NCBI RefSeq assembly: GCF_001458695.1
Contig: NZ_LN885086.1
Location: forward strand, 2,310,001 to 2,342,000
Origin: Candidatus Nitrospira inopinata
Lineage (GTDB): Bacteria > Nitrospirota > Nitrospiria > Nitrospirales > Nitrospiraceae
Direction of reading: 5' to 3'
Length of the DNA stretch: 32,000 nucleotides
Positions 1 through 11,510 of the stretch are shown one piece after another. The stretch's first letter is position 1, and every line of letters starts with the position of its first letter. Position numbers and translations under genes: made by a program. The notes beneath the pieces are model-generated. The model saw only the letters and a program-made list of their open reading frames with translations. It searched no databases and was not told the DNA's origin.

Positions 1-1004
1 TCGTCGAGGACCGGGACGCGACGCCGGCGGAACGCGCCATCAAGGAGATCAACGTCGGCACCTACGTGGTGTCCGCCGACTTCCTCTTCCCCGCGCTGGA
101 TCAGTTGGAACCGCGCAACGCGCAGGGCGAATATTATTTGACCGATATCGTGGCGGCGGCGGTCGCCCAGCGGCGGTCGGTCGCCGCCGTGCCGCTGCAC
201 GTTCCCGAGGAAGGCTTGGGCGTCAACACCAGACGGCAACTGGCCGAAGCGGAACGGACGATTCGGCGGCGGATCCGTGATCGTTGGCTTGAGGACGGCG
301 TCACGATGGTGGATCCGGATTCCGTCCGGATCGACGCCGACGTCTTGATCGGGCAAGACACCGTGCTTCATCCCAATGTGATGATCGAAGGCAAGACGGA
401 AATCGGAGAAGACTGTATCGTGCGGTCCCATGTCCGGCTGACCGATTGCCACGTCGGCAATCGGGTGGAGATTCTGGATCATTGCGTGCTGCGGGAGTCG
501 CTGATCGAAGATGACGTGGTCATCGGGCCGTTCGCGCATCTCCGCCCCGGCGCGCTGGTGCGTCGAAAGGCCAAGGTCGGCAACTTCGTCGAGATGAAAA
601 AAACGGAATTGGGGGAAGAGGCGAAGGCCAATCATTTGAGCTATCTCGGCGACGCCAAGATCGGCCGCGGCGTCAACATCGGGGCGGGAACGATCACCTG
701 CAACTATGACGGGGTTCATAAATATCAAACGACGATCGGGGATCATGTGTTCATCGGAAGCGATACGCAACTGGTCGCGCCCGTGTCCGTCGGCGACGGC
801 GCGGTGATCGCGGCCGGGACGACCGTGACGAAAGACGTTCCGCCCGATGCACTGGCGATTGCCAGGACACCGCAGGAAAATCGAGCCGGTTGGGCCATGA
901 AACGGCGTCTCATGGTAGAGCGGAATTCCACTGCGGTTCAGGGGGCCTTGGAGGGCGGAGCGACGATCAACCCCGCGTCGCCTTCCAAGGGAAGAAGGAG
1001 GTAG
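1..1004 (+). CDS. glmU: Bifunctional GlmU (N-acetylglucosamine-1-phosphate uridyltransferase / glucosamine-1-phosphate acetyltransferase), 5'-truncated at window edge
   Basis: The reading frame is open from base 3 (VEDRDATPAERAIKEINVGTYVV...), upstream of the GTG listed in the ORF track. It has left-handed beta-helix hexapeptide repeats (IGEDCIV, VGNRVEI, IGRGVNIGAGTITCNYDG, IGDHVFIGSDTQLVAPV). glmU immediately upstream of glmS is the classical arrangement. Stop TAG at 1002-1004. Confidence 0.9.
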   Translation, partial: VEDRDATPAERAIKEINVGTYVVSADFLFPALDQLEPRNAQGEYYLTDIVAAAVAQRRSVAAVPLHVPEEGLGVNTRRQLAEAERTIRRRIRDRWLEDGVTMVDPDSVRIDADVLIGQDTVLHPNVMIEGKTEIGEDCIVRSHVRLTDCHVGNRVEILDHCVLRESLIEDDVVIGPFAHLRPGALVRRKAKVGNFVEMKKTELGEEAKANHLSYLGDAKIGRGVNIGAGTITCNYDGVHKYQTTIGDHVFIGSDTQLVAPVSVGDGAVIAAGTTVTKDVPPDALAIARTPQENRAGWAMKRRLMVERNSTAVQGALEGGATINPASPSKGRRR

Positions 1005-1012
1005 AGACCGTC

Positions 1013-2842
1013 ATGTGCGGCATTGTCGGGTATATCGGCGATCAGGAGGCCGTGCCGATTCTCATCGACGGTTTGGCGAAGTTGGAATATCGCGGCTACG
1101 ACTCGTCGGGAGTCGCCGTCATGGAAGGCGGGTCGATCGCCGTTCGGCGGAGCGTCGGCAAGCTGGTCAATCTGCAAAAGTCGCTCAAGGAACACGAGCT
1201 CAAGGGAACGATCGGCATCGGCCACACCCGCTGGGCCACTCACGGGAAACCCTCCGAGCAAAACGCGCATCCTCATCGGTCCAAGGGCTGCGTGCTGGTG
1301 CACAACGGGATCATCGAAAATTATCAGGAGCTGAAACGGGAGTTGGAAAGGGACGGCTACGTCTTTCAATCGGAAACGGATACGGAAGTGGTCGCCCACT
1401 TGATCGACAAGTACCTCACCAAGGGGCAGCCGCTGGCGGAGGCGGTTCGTTCGGCCGTCAAGGACGTGCGCGGCAGCTATGCGCTGGTCGTCATGTCCGA
1501 GCGGGAGCCGGAAACCCTGATCGCGGCCCGTTCCGGCTGTCCTCTGATCGTAGGCCGCACGGAGCGCGCGGCGTACGTGGCCTCCGACGTCATGGCCATG
1601 TTGGCTCACACGAGGGACGCGACCTATTTGGACGAAGGAGACGTCGCGATCATCAGCAAAAGCGACGTGCGCGTCATGGACGTCGAAGGACGGGTCGTGG
1701 CGCGCGACGTGACGCGCATCACGTGGGACGCGGCGGCGGCGGAAAAAAGCGGCTATCCCCATTTCATGCTCAAGGAAATCCACGAGCAGCCTCAAACCAT
1801 TCTGGACACGATGCGCGGGCGCTATTCCTACGAGGCCGGCGAAGCCGATTTGCCGGACATCGGTTTGACGCCTCGGGATTTCGCCGAGGTGGAACGGATC
1901 TGGATCGTGGCCTGCGGCACGTCGTGGCACGCCGGGCTCGTGGGCAAATATCTCTTGGAAGACTTGGCCCGGGTTCCCGTGCACGTCGATATCGCCAGCG
2001 AGTTTCGGTACCGCGATCCGCTGATCGGAAAGCGCGACCTGTTCCTGGCCATTTCGCAATCCGGCGAGACCGCCGACACGCTGGCCGCCGCGAGGGAAGC
2101 CAAGGCGAAGGGCGCTCGCGCCGTCTCGATCGTGAACGTCGTGGGCAGCACGCTGGCCCGCGAATCCGACGGCGTGCTCTACACCCATTGCGGGCCGGAG
2201 ATCGGCGTGGCCTCGACGAAGGCCTTTACCGCGCAATTGACGGCGTTGTATCTGTTGGCCTTGCACGTCGCCCGCGTGCGGGGCGTGATGACCGCGGTGG
2301 ATGGGAAGGCGTGGCTTGACCGGCTGGTTCGGCTTCCGGCGCTGGTCGAGCGGATGCTGGGGCGCGAGGCCGAGATCGTGGCCATCGCCAACCGGTATTA
2401 CAAAAAACGGAATTTTTTGTTTTTAGGGCGCGGCATCAATTACCCGATTGCGCTGGAGGGGTCGCTCAAGCTCAAGGAGATTTCCTACATCCATGCCGAA
2501 GGTTACGCGGCGGGGGAGATGAAACATGGTCCGATCGCGTTGATCGACAAAGACATGCCGGTGGTGGTGTTGGCGCCGCGGGACCGCCTGTACGAAAAAA
2601 CGGTGAGCAATTTGATGGAAGTCAAGGCGCGGCGCGCGCCGGTCATTGCGTTCGTGGCCGAGGGGGAACGGGATCTGGGGAAAGTCGCCGATGCGGTGTT
2701 TACCGTTCCCGACGTGCATCCCTTGATGTCTCCGATTCTCTTTACGATCCCGTTGCAGTTGCTGGCCTATCATATTTCCGTGCTCCGCGGAGCCGACGTC
2801 GATCAGCCGAGAAACCTGGCCAAGAGCGTGACCGTCGAATAA
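1013..2842 (+). CDS. glmS: Glutamine--fructose-6-phosphate aminotransferase (isomerizing)
   Basis: The N-terminal MCGIVGY carries the Ntn-amidotransferase Cys2. Two SIS domains are present (ISQSGETADT; GRGINYPIALEGSLKLKEISYIHAEGY) and the C-terminus is the canonical ...LAKSVTVE. GGAGG at 997-1001 precedes ATG 1013. The ORF-track start at 890 is an upstream extension overlapping glmU. Confidence 0.95.
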   Translation: MCGIVGYIGDQEAVPILIDGLAKLEYRGYDSSGVAVMEGGSIAVRRSVGKLVNLQKSLKEHELKGTIGIGHTRWATHGKPSEQNAHPHRSKGCVLVHNGIIENYQELKRELERDGYVFQSETDTEVVAHLIDKYLTKGQPLAEAVRSAVKDVRGSYALVVMSEREPETLIAARSGCPLIVGRTERAAYVASDVMAMLAHTRDATYLDEGDVAIISKSDVRVMDVEGRVVARDVTRITWDAAAAEKSGYPHFMLKEIHEQPQTILDTMRGRYSYEAGEADLPDIGLTPRDFAEVERIWIVACGTSWHAGLVGKYLLEDLARVPVHVDIASEFRYRDPLIGKRDLFLAISQSGETADTLAAAREAKAKGARAVSIVNVVGSTLARESDGVLYTHCGPEIGVASTKAFTAQLTALYLLALHVARVRGVMTAVDGKAWLDRLVRLPALVERMLGREAEIVAIANRYYKKRNFLFLGRGINYPIALEGSLKLKEISYIHAEGYAAGEMKHGPIALIDKDMPVVVLAPRDRLYEKTVSNLMEVKARRAPVIAFVAEGERDLGKVADAVFTVPDVHPLMSPILFTIPLQLLAYHISVLRGADVDQPRNLAKSVTVE

Positions 2843-2875
2843 GCGGCCGGACCGCCATCAAAAAGCAGGTTGCCG

Positions 2876-3169
2876 ATGAAGATTACTCGCGAACAGGTCG
2901 AACACGTCGCCTTGCTGGCCAGGTTGCGCTTGACCGACGAGGAAAAGGACGTCTTCGCCAAACAATTAAGCCAGATTCTGGCCCATGTCGAACACTTGAA
3001 CCGATATGATACGACGGGGGTGGAACCGACCGCCACGGTGATCGGCCAGGTCAATGTGTTACGGGATGACGAGGTGCGTCCCTCCTTGCCCGTTGAAGAG
3101 GCGTTGGCCAACGCGCCGGATCGCGAAGGAGACGGGTTTCACGTGCCTAAAATCATTGAAGAACGTTGA
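2876..3169 (+). CDS. gatC: Asp-tRNA(Asn)/Glu-tRNA(Gln) amidotransferase subunit C
   Basis: MKITREQVEHVALLARLRLTDEEKDVFAKQLSQIL is the typical GatC opening. The protein is about 97 aa. TTG at 2870 is an alternative start two codons upstream. Confidence 0.9.
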   Translation: MKITREQVEHVALLARLRLTDEEKDVFAKQLSQILAHVEHLNRYDTTGVEPTATVIGQVNVLRDDEVRPSLPVEEALANAPDREGDGFHVPKIIEER

Positions 3170-3212
3170 CCGCCATGTGTCGGGCGGAAATTGTACGAAC
3201 GACGAGGATGTA

Positions 3213-3578
3213 ATGTTTCGACAGATGTTGCGTTCCAAAATTCATCGTGCCACGGTCACGGGTACCTTTTTGGAGTATGAAGGGAGCCTTACCATCGATC
3301 AGGAATTGATGGAGGCAGCCGGGATCCTCCCGTACGAAGCGATCGTGTGCTCCAATCTGAACAACGGCGAGCGGTTCATGACCTACGCGATCAACGGAGC
3401 GCGGGGCAAGGGAGAGATCATTTTGAACGGCCCCACGGCGAGGAAGGCCGCCGTCGGCGACCAGATCATCATCTTTTGCTACGAGTACTACGGCGACGAA
3501 GAGATCAAGAAGCACGCTCCCAAAATCGTGCGAGTCGATGAAAAAAACCGCATTGTCCAGATTCAGGATAAACGCTGA
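3213..3578 (+). CDS. panD: Aspartate 1-decarboxylase (pyruvoyl-dependent)
   Basis: [16 protein letters not shown]...[10 protein letters not shown] contains the conserved Gly-Ser self-cleavage site and the protein is PanD-sized. GAGGA at 3204-3208 precedes ATG 3213. The stop overlaps the gatA start (TGATG at 3576-3580). Confidence 0.9.
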   Translation: MFRQMLRSKIHRATVTGTFLEYEGSLTIDQELMEAAGILPYEAIVCSNLNNGERFMTYAINGARGKGEIILNGPTARKAAVGDQIIIFCYEYYGDEEIKKHAPKIVRVDEKNRIVQIQDKR

Positions 3579-5044
3579 TGGTACTGCATAAACTGACTCT
3601 GTTCGAACTTCAGCGGAAGTTCGCCGCGGGGGAGGTGAGCGCCGCCGAGATCGTACATGCCTACGGTCTGCGGATCGGTCAGGTGGAGCCGAAAGTGAGG
3701 GCCTTCGTCAATCAGACGAGGGATCAGGCCATGGCTCAGGCCGTGGAATTGGATCGGCGGTTGAAACAATGGCGCAAGACCGAGCCTTTGATGGGGATGC
3801 CGATCGCGATCAAGGACAATATCTGCACCGAAGGCGTGCCGACGACGTGCAGCTCGCGCATGTTGCAACACTTCGTGCCGCCGTACGACGCCACCGTGGT
3901 TGCCAAGCTTCGCAAGCAGGAGTACTTGTTGATCGGCAAAACGAACCTGGATGAATTCGCGATGGGGTCTTCGACCGAACATTCCGCGTTCGGCCCCAGC
4001 CGGAATCCGTGGAATCTTCAATGCGTACCGGGCGGCTCGAGCGGAGGATCCGCGGCCGCGGTGGCGGCGGACGAATGTGTCGCCGCGCTGGGCTCCGATA
4101 CGGGCGGATCGATCCGCCAGCCGGCGGCGTTTTGCGGCGTCGTCGGTTTGAAACCGACCTATGGGCGCGTGTCGCGATACGGGCTGGTGGCCTTCGCCTC
4201 GTCGCTCGACCAAATCGGACCGATCACGAAGGACGTGCGGGACGCCGCGTTGTTGCTGGGAGTGATTGCCGGCCACGATCCCATGGATTCCACGTCGGCC
4301 GACGTGCCGGTTCCCGACTATAGCAAGGCCTTGGTGAAGAAACATCTCAGGAAACTGCGGGTCGGCGTCCCGCGGGAATTTTTTACGGAAGGACTTGATC
4401 CGGAAGTCGAACAGGCTGTCACGGCCGCCATCGGCGAGCTCAAAAACCTGGGGGGGGAAATCAAGGACATCGAGCTTCCCAGAACGGATGCAGCCGTCGC
4501 GGTCTACTACGTGCTGGCGACGGCCGAGGCCAGTTCCAACCTCGCTCGTTTTGACGGCGTCAAGTTCGGCCTGCGCGCGAAAGAGACCAAGGATCTGCTG
4601 GATTTGTACATGAAGACGAGGCAAGAGGGATTCGGACCTGAAGTGAAGCGACGCATCATGCTGGGGACCTACGTGCTGAGCGCCGGTTATTACGACGCCT
4701 ACTATGGGAAGGCGCAGGCCGTGCGGACGTTGGTACGCCAGGATTTTGAAGCGGCGTTCAAAGAGGTCGATGTGATCGTGACGCCCGCCACGCCGACTCC
4801 CGCGTTCAAACTGGGGGAAAAAAGCGAAGACCCGTTGCAAATGTACTTGTCGGACGTCTTTACCATCTCGGTCAATCTGGCGGGGATTCCGGCGATCGCG
4901 CTGCCCTGCGGGTTCAGCGGGACCGGCTTGCCGATCGGGATGCAGGTGATCGGTCGAGCGTTCGACGAAGAAACGATCCTTCGCGTCGCCCATGCCTACG
5001 AACAAGCCGCGCAATGGCATCTCAAAAAGCCGCCGATTCGATGA
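3578..5044 (+). CDS. gatA: Asp-tRNA(Asn)/Glu-tRNA(Gln) amidotransferase subunit A
   Basis: The amidase signature [13 protein letters not shown] is present, together with KDNICT and [30 protein letters not shown]. The protein is 488 aa. Confidence 0.95.
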   Translation: MVLHKLTLFELQRKFAAGEVSAAEIVHAYGLRIGQVEPKVRAFVNQTRDQAMAQAVELDRRLKQWRKTEPLMGMPIAIKDNICTEGVPTTCSSRMLQHFVPPYDATVVAKLRKQEYLLIGKTNLDEFAMGSSTEHSAFGPSRNPWNLQCVPGGSSGGSAAAVAADECVAALGSDTGGSIRQPAAFCGVVGLKPTYGRVSRYGLVAFASSLDQIGPITKDVRDAALLLGVIAGHDPMDSTSADVPVPDYSKALVKKHLRKLRVGVPREFFTEGLDPEVEQAVTAAIGELKNLGGEIKDIELPRTDAAVAVYYVLATAEASSNLARFDGVKFGLRAKETKDLLDLYMKTRQEGFGPEVKRRIMLGTYVLSAGYYDAYYGKAQAVRTLVRQDFEAAFKEVDVIVTPATPTPAFKLGEKSEDPLQMYLSDVFTISVNLAGIPAIALPCGFSGTGLPIGMQVIGRAFDEETILRVAHAYEQAAQWHLKKPPIR

Positions 5045-5156
5045 AACAGGTGATGGGAGAATCAACGGTCACGCCGGGGCTGATTTTCAGTAGAAAAAGA
5101 GAGAGGTCCGTGCGGTTTTTCGAGTTGCGCGCTTCCCGACTTACGGAGGGTGCTCT

Positions 5157-5564
5157 ATGACGGTGATGGAAATGGCCGCGCTTCTCGTGGCGGTGGCCTT
5201 CATGGTGTTGGTCGGGTTTTTGGTTCCGGTGCTGGTGCAGGTCCGTAAGACGGTGGAAGAATCCGAACAGTTGTTGGCGAAGATGAACGCCGATTTGCCG
5301 CCGCTTGTGGAAGAGCTCCGGACGACGAGCAAAAACTTGAATGAGTTGTCGAGCCAGGCTCGCCAGGGGGTCGAACACGCGACGGTATTGTTGCACGCGG
5401 TCGGCGAGGTCGGCGAATCCGTCCAGCAGATTCATAACGTCGTTCGGGGATCGAGCGGCACGGTGCTGACCAACGTGATGGGCGCCGTGGCGGGGTTCAA
5501 GGCCGCCGCTCGGGTCATGCGCGATCGATTGCGAAAAGGAGGAGCATCCCACAATGGCGGATGA
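5157..5564 (+). CDS. Small membrane-anchored coiled-coil protein, DUF948-like
   Basis: A single N-terminal TM helix (AALLVAVAFMVLVGFLVPVLV) is followed by VQVRKTVEESEQLL...LPPLVEELRTTSKNLNELS. This layout is typical of DUF948 proteins. It overlaps the next ORF by 11 nt. Confidence 0.6.
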   Translation: MTVMEMAALLVAVAFMVLVGFLVPVLVQVRKTVEESEQLLAKMNADLPPLVEELRTTSKNLNELSSQARQGVEHATVLLHAVGEVGESVQQIHNVVRGSSGTVLTNVMGAVAGFKAAARVMRDRLRKGGASHNGG

Positions 5565-5886
5565 AAGAGGATCGACGTCGTCAGTATCGACGGTCGTGTT
5601 GGCGTTTTTGAGCGGAGCGACGTTGGGGGCCCTCGCGGCCCTGTTGCTGGCTCCCGAGCCCGGTCCGACCTCGCGGGAACGGCTGCGCCGATACGCGCGC
5701 CGCGCCGAAGACAATCTGAAGGATTTCGCCGGTCGGGCCGGGGAAGTCTATGAAGAGGTCGTCGGCCGGGGCAGGGAGTTCGTCGAGTCGAAAAAATCGG
5801 CGTTTCGGGAGGCGTTTGAAGCCGGACGCGAAGCGATGAGACGGGAGTTGGAACGCCGGCATGGCGAGGGACCGCGCGAAACATGA
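5554..5886 (+). CDS. YtxH-like small membrane protein
   Basis: An N-terminal helix ending ...[24 protein letters not shown] resembles the YtxH-domain signature (G-x-x-x-G...LFAP.SG...R). It is followed by a charged helical tail. The stop overlaps the gatB start (ATGA at 5883-5886). Confidence 0.6.
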   Translation: MADERGSTSSVSTVVLAFLSGATLGALAALLLAPEPGPTSRERLRRYARRAEDNLKDFAGRAGEVYEEVVGRGREFVESKKSAFREAFEAGREAMRRELERRHGEGPRET

Positions 5887-7313
5887 CCTACGAAGTCGTC
5901 GTCGGCGTCGAGGTTCACGCGCAGTTGCGGACCAAGTCCAAGATGTTCTGCGGCTGCTCGACATCGTTCGGCGCTCCTCCCAACAGCCAGACCTGCCCCG
6001 TGTGTCTCGGATTGCCCGGCAGTCTCCCGGTCATCAATCGGGCGGCGGTCGAGATGGCGGTGCGGGCCGGATTGGCGTTGAACTGCCGGATCAACGTGCC
6101 CAATCGATTCGCCCGCAAGAATTATTTTTACCCGGATTTGCCGAAGGGCTATCAAATCTCGCAGTACGAATCTCCCATTTGCGAGCAGGGAGCGGTCGAG
6201 ATCGCGGTGGGAGGGGCCAAGAAGTCGATTCGCATTCGGAGAGCGCATTTGGAGGAGGACGCCGGCAAGAATATCCATGAAACCGGATCATCGGGGAGCG
6301 CGGTGGATTTCAATCGGGCCGGCACACCGCTGTTGGAAATCGTCACGGAGCCGGACATGCGATCCGCCGACGAGGTGGTGGCGTATCTCAAAAACCTGCG
6401 CGACATTTTAATGTACCTCGACGTGTGCGACGGCAACATGGAACAGGGAAGTTTCAGGTGCGAGCCCAATCTCTCGCTGCGACCCATGGGACGGGAGGAG
6501 TTCGGCACCAAGGTCGAGCTCAAAAACATCAATTCCTTCAAGTACGTCAAAGACGCGATCGAGTACGAGATCAAGCGCCAGACCAAAGTGCTGAACGAAG
6601 GAGGGAGGGTCAGACAGGAAACGCGCTTGTGGAACATCGACCGAGGCGAGACGGCGGTGATGCGATCCAAGGAAGAGGCGCACGACTACCGTTATTTCCC
6701 CGATCCGGATTTGGTGCCGCTCCAATTCGAGAAGAACTGGATCGAGGCCCTTCGCGCCACGCTGCCGGAATTGCCCATGGCTCGGGCCGCGCGGTTTGTG
6801 AGCGACTACGGGCTGCCCGAATATGACGCCGGCGTGCTGACGGCTTCCAAGGGATTGGCCGATTATTTCGAACGTTGCGTGAGAGTGTTCGATCAGCCCA
6901 AAACGGTCAGCAATTGGGTGATGGGCGAATTGAGCAGAGAGTTGAATCTGTCGGGGATCGATGCGGCGGAATCGCCCGTGTCGCCGGAGCGGCTGGCCGA
7001 GCTGTTGCGGCTGGTGGAGAATGGAACAATCAGCCTGAAAGCGGCCCGTGAGTTGTTCCCGGATCTCTACAAGAGCGGAAAAACGGCGGAGCAGCTCGTT
7101 CAAGAAAAGGGGCTGATCCAAGTATCCGACGAGGGAGCGATCGAGAAGATGATCGACAAGGTCTTGGCCGACAGCCCCACCCAGGTGGCGCAGTTCAAGG
7201 GCGGAAAACAGCAAGTGCTCGGCTTCTTGGTCGGGCAGGTGATCAAGGTCAGCGGAGGCAAGGCGAATCCTGGAAAGGTCAACGAGCTGCTGAGGAAAAA
7301 ATTGGCGGGATGA
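5883..7313 (+). CDS. gatB: Asp-tRNA(Asn)/Glu-tRNA(Gln) amidotransferase subunit B
   Basis: [23 protein letters not shown]...[13 protein letters not shown] and the C-terminal YqeY-like tail ([17 protein letters not shown]) are present. The protein is 476 aa. Confidence 0.95.
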   Translation: MTYEVVVGVEVHAQLRTKSKMFCGCSTSFGAPPNSQTCPVCLGLPGSLPVINRAAVEMAVRAGLALNCRINVPNRFARKNYFYPDLPKGYQISQYESPICEQGAVEIAVGGAKKSIRIRRAHLEEDAGKNIHETGSSGSAVDFNRAGTPLLEIVTEPDMRSADEVVAYLKNLRDILMYLDVCDGNMEQGSFRCEPNLSLRPMGREEFGTKVELKNINSFKYVKDAIEYEIKRQTKVLNEGGRVRQETRLWNIDRGETAVMRSKEEAHDYRYFPDPDLVPLQFEKNWIEALRATLPELPMARAARFVSDYGLPEYDAGVLTASKGLADYFERCVRVFDQPKTVSNWVMGELSRELNLSGIDAAESPVSPERLAELLRLVENGTISLKAARELFPDLYKSGKTAEQLVQEKGLIQVSDEGAIEKMIDKVLADSPTQVAQFKGGKQQVLGFLVGQVIKVSGGKANPGKVNELLRKKLAG

Positions 7314-7423
7314 TAACGATCACGGTCTCGGGGGGAAGCCTCCGGTGAAGATCCGATGAAGAAATGGAGGCGACCGGGTCTTCTTTGTGAGAGTTGCAAG
7401 AGATGAATGCGACAGCCACATAA

Positions 7424-8725
<1,302 letters not shown>

Positions 8726-8744
8726 GCCCATCGGGACATTTCCC

Positions 8745-9104
8745 ATGCTGATTAAGCAAAATCGGGGGCGACACTGGCTGAGTCGGCAGCGGCGGGCGGC
8801 CGTTGCGCTCAAAGTGGTGGGGTTGGGTGCGTGTCTCTGGTTGCTCGTCGGGCTGGTGTTCGGAGAGATGGGACTGCTGCGGTATCTGGACATGCGCGAA
8901 CATGCCGGCCGTCTTGAAGGCGAACTGGCGTCGTTGCAGGCGGAGAAAGCGGCGTTGGAAAAAGAAGTGCTGCGATTGCAGCGGGACCCCGCGAAGATTG
9001 AACAAGTGGCCAGAGAACGGTTGGGATACGTGCGGAAAGGGGAAACCGTGTATCAATTGACTCCGGGCGCCGATGACGGCGGGGGAGGGGGGGAACGACC
9101 GTGA
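8745..9104 (+). CDS. ftsB: Septum formation initiator family protein (FtsB/DivIC-like)
   Basis: A single TM helix (VVGLGACLWLLVGLVF) is followed by a leucine-zipper-like coiled coil (LEGELASLQAEKAALEKEVLRLQRDPAKIEQVARERLGYVRKGE). eno-ftsB adjacency is common. Confidence 0.75.
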   Translation: MLIKQNRGRHWLSRQRRAAVALKVVGLGACLWLLVGLVFGEMGLLRYLDMREHAGRLEGELASLQAEKAALEKEVLRLQRDPAKIEQVARERLGYVRKGETVYQLTPGADDGGGGGERP

Positions 9105-9985
9105 AATTCGGGACGGTCGCGATCATCGGGCGATCCAACGTCGGCAAGTCCACGCTGCTGAATCGTTTGCTGGGGGAAAAGATCGCCATCGTGTCGGACA
9201 AGCCCCAGACGACGCGGACGCGCATTTTAGGGGTCCTCTCCATTCCTGAAGGCCAGATCGCCTTCCTTGATACGCCGGGCCTGCATAAACCGATGCACCT
9301 CTTGAATCGACGGATGATCAGGACGGCGATCGAGGCCGCGGAGGAAGCCGATCTTCTATACGTGCTGATGGAGGCGACTTGTCTGCCGGGCCCCGGCGAT
9401 CTGGCCGTCGTCGCCTCCGTCAAAGAAGCGGTGGCAAAACGGCGTCGGCCGGTCGTGTTGGTCGTGACCAAGATCGATCTCATCAACAAGTTCAAGCTGC
9501 TGCCGGTTCTCGAACAGTACGCCGGCCTGTATCCATGGACGGAAATCGTGCCGGTATCCGGGCAAACGGGGGACAACGTCGATCGGCTGCTGGCCGTGAC
9601 GGTTCCCTATTTGCCGGAAGGAGAAGGGGCATACGGCGACGACATGGTGACGGACCAGACGATGCGGACGTTGGCGGCGGAGATGATTCGGGAGAAAATC
9701 CTGCAGGCGACGGAAGAAGAAGTGCCCTATTCCGTCGCGGTGGAGATCGAGAGTTTCAAGGAAGAGGGGCGATTGGCCAGAATCCACGCATCGATTTTCG
9801 TCGAGCGCGAGTCGCAGAAAGGCATCGTGATCGGCAAGCAAGGGGAGAGGCTGAAAGCCGTGTGCACCGAGGCGCGACGGGACATGGAACGGTTGTTCGG
9901 TGTGAAGGTGTTTCTCCAGGCGTGGGTCAAAGTGAGGGAAGCCTGGCGGGAAGACGAGCGAACATTGGTGGAATTGGGGTACTGA
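9101..9985 (+). CDS. era: GTPase Era
   Basis: G1 is GRSNVGKST, G3 is DTPG, G4 is TKID, and a C-terminal KH domain (VERESQKGIVIGKQGERLK) is present. The GTG start overlaps the ftsB stop (GTGA) and is preceded by a G-rich SD. Confidence 0.92.
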   Translation: MKFGTVAIIGRSNVGKSTLLNRLLGEKIAIVSDKPQTTRTRILGVLSIPEGQIAFLDTPGLHKPMHLLNRRMIRTAIEAAEEADLLYVLMEATCLPGPGDLAVVASVKEAVAKRRRPVVLVVTKIDLINKFKLLPVLEQYAGLYPWTEIVPVSGQTGDNVDRLLAVTVPYLPEGEGAYGDDMVTDQTMRTLAAEMIREKILQATEEEVPYSVAVEIESFKEEGRLARIHASIFVERESQKGIVIGKQGERLKAVCTEARRDMERLFGVKVFLQAWVKVREAWREDERTLVELGY

Positions 9986-9991
9986 GGACCT

Positions 9992-11455
9992 GTGACGCAG
10001 ACGACCGAACGCCAGGGAGAGCCGAGAACGGCGGATGTGCGCCACCGTCCGTTGGAACGGGACGCCTTGCGGGACGTGTTGCGCGATCAGGCGGAACGAG
10101 GGCTGACGAAGTCCGATATCGTGATTCAATCCGTCCAACGGCTGTTGCGGCGCGGAGCCATCACCAATCTCTCGAAAATGCTGGGGCGCATGCATCCCGC
10201 CGACGTGGCGAAGGCTATCCGCCACTTGTCGTCTTCCAAGGAAAAACGGGAAGTATTCGAATTGGTCAGGGGCGCGAGCAAGCGCGGCCAAGTGTTGAGC
10301 GAGCTCGACGGCGAGAGCATCCAGGAGGTGTTGGCCGATCTGCTGCATTCGGATATCGCCTGGCTGTTGAAAGACCTTGGTCCGGACGACGTCGCCTACA
10401 TTCTGGGATTTTTGCCCGAGGAACGCGGCAAGGAAATTCTCGCCCTGATGAAGGCGGAAGATTCGACCGAAGTCGCCGACATTCTTCAATACGCCAAGGA
10501 CACGGCCGGCGGCATCATGACGACGGAGTTTTTCTCTCTGTCGGAAGACGTCACCGCGCAAGAGGCCATCCGTCGGCTCCAGCAAGCCACCGACGCGGAG
10601 ATGGTGTTTTACATCTACGTGACGGACAAGAACGACCATCTGGTTGGGGTGTTGTCGCTGCGTCAACTCTTGACGGTGCCGCCCGATACGCCGCTCAAAA
10701 ACATCATGACGCGCGACGTGATCAGCGTCACCGTCGATATGGATCAGGAGGAAGTGGCGCGTCAGGTAGCCAGCTACAACTTGCTCGCGATTCCTGTCGT
10801 CGAGAAGGACGGACGGTTGGTCGGTATCATTACGGTGGACGACGTGGTGGACGTCATCCGGGAGGAGGCCACGGAGGACATGCTGAAAATGGCCGGAGCC
10901 ATTGAGGAGGAGCCGATCTCCAAGTCCTCGAGCGTCGGCGCCGCCAAGCTGCGTTTGCCGTGGCTGTTTACCAATCTCGTGGGAAGTTTGCTGTCGGGCG
11001 CCATCTTGTGGTACTTCCGCTACACGATTCAGGAGGTGGTGGCGGTCGTGAGTTTCATTCCTGTCATCGCCGCGATGGGCGGCAACGTGGGGCTGCAATC
11101 CTCCACGCTGATCATTCGCGGACTGGCGACCGGGCACATCGAACCGACGGACGTCTGGACGGTGTTTTTCCGGGAAACCAAAATCGGTTTGTTGATGGGA
11201 CTGGCCTGCGGCCTGATTTTGACGGCCGTCGGATGGGTACTGCAAGAAGGGTTTTTGGGAGTGGTCGTGGGGACTTCGCTGGTGATCGCGTTCTTCGTCT
11301 CGACCAGCATGGCCACGATCATGCCCATCGCACTCAAGCGCCTGGGAGTGGATCCCGCCGTCGCCGCCGGTCCCTTTGTGACGACGGCCAACGACATTAC
11401 CGGCATCACGATTTATCTCACCCTGGCGACGCTGTTTCTGAACTATCTGCGGTGA
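9992..11455 (+). CDS. mgtE: Magnesium transporter MgtE
   Basis: It has an N-terminal MgtE_N region, a CBS pair (IMTTEFFSL...; IMTRDVISV...LLAIPVVEKDGRLVGIITVDDV) and a TM domain with GGNVGLQSS and PFVTTANDITGI. The GTG start lies 6 nt after the era stop, so the exact start is uncertain. Confidence 0.9.
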   Translation: MTQTTERQGEPRTADVRHRPLERDALRDVLRDQAERGLTKSDIVIQSVQRLLRRGAITNLSKMLGRMHPADVAKAIRHLSSSKEKREVFELVRGASKRGQVLSELDGESIQEVLADLLHSDIAWLLKDLGPDDVAYILGFLPEERGKEILALMKAEDSTEVADILQYAKDTAGGIMTTEFFSLSEDVTAQEAIRRLQQATDAEMVFYIYVTDKNDHLVGVLSLRQLLTVPPDTPLKNIMTRDVISVTVDMDQEEVARQVASYNLLAIPVVEKDGRLVGIITVDDVVDVIREEATEDMLKMAGAIEEEPISKSSSVGAAKLRLPWLFTNLVGSLLSGAILWYFRYTIQEVVAVVSFIPVIAAMGGNVGLQSSTLIIRGLATGHIEPTDVWTVFFRETKIGLLMGLACGLILTAVGWVLQEGFLGVVVGTSLVIAFFVSTSMATIMPIALKRLGVDPAVAAGPFVTTANDITGITIYLTLATLFLNYLR

Positions 11456-11510
11456 CCGCGCATTGTATGAGTGAGCCGCGTTCCGCCCACCTTGCAAAAG
11501 GCCGTGCATC

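Noticed and set aside
1005-1012. The possibility of a glmS ribozyme or leader upstream of glmS.
   Set aside because: Only 8 nt separate the glmU stop from the glmS ATG. There is no room for a structured RNA.
938-2266. A long antisense ORF (442 aa, - strand) and an overlapping +2-frame ORF at 1015-2319 (434 aa), both inside glmS.
   Set aside because: The translations are Arg/Gly/Pro/His-rich and low in complexity, with no motifs. These are typical shadow ORFs of a high-GC coding region. The glmS frame carries unmistakable family motifs.
3563-5065. A 500-aa antisense ORF covering gatA.
   Set aside because: It has the same GC-shadow character ([17 protein letters not shown]). The gatA frame has the amidase signature.
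9081-9093. A G5-A-G7 homopolymeric tract at the ftsB 3' end, just upstream of the era GTG start. I considered it as a possible slipped-strand phase-variation site.
   Set aside because: It encodes the Gly-rich FtsB tail and doubles as the era Shine-Dalgarno. Essential housekeeping genes are unlikely to be phase-variable, and there is no evidence of length heterogeneity.
9986-9991. The possibility of an M-box (Mg2+) riboswitch upstream of mgtE.
   Set aside because: The intergenic gap is 6 nt. mgtE appears to be co-transcribed with era.
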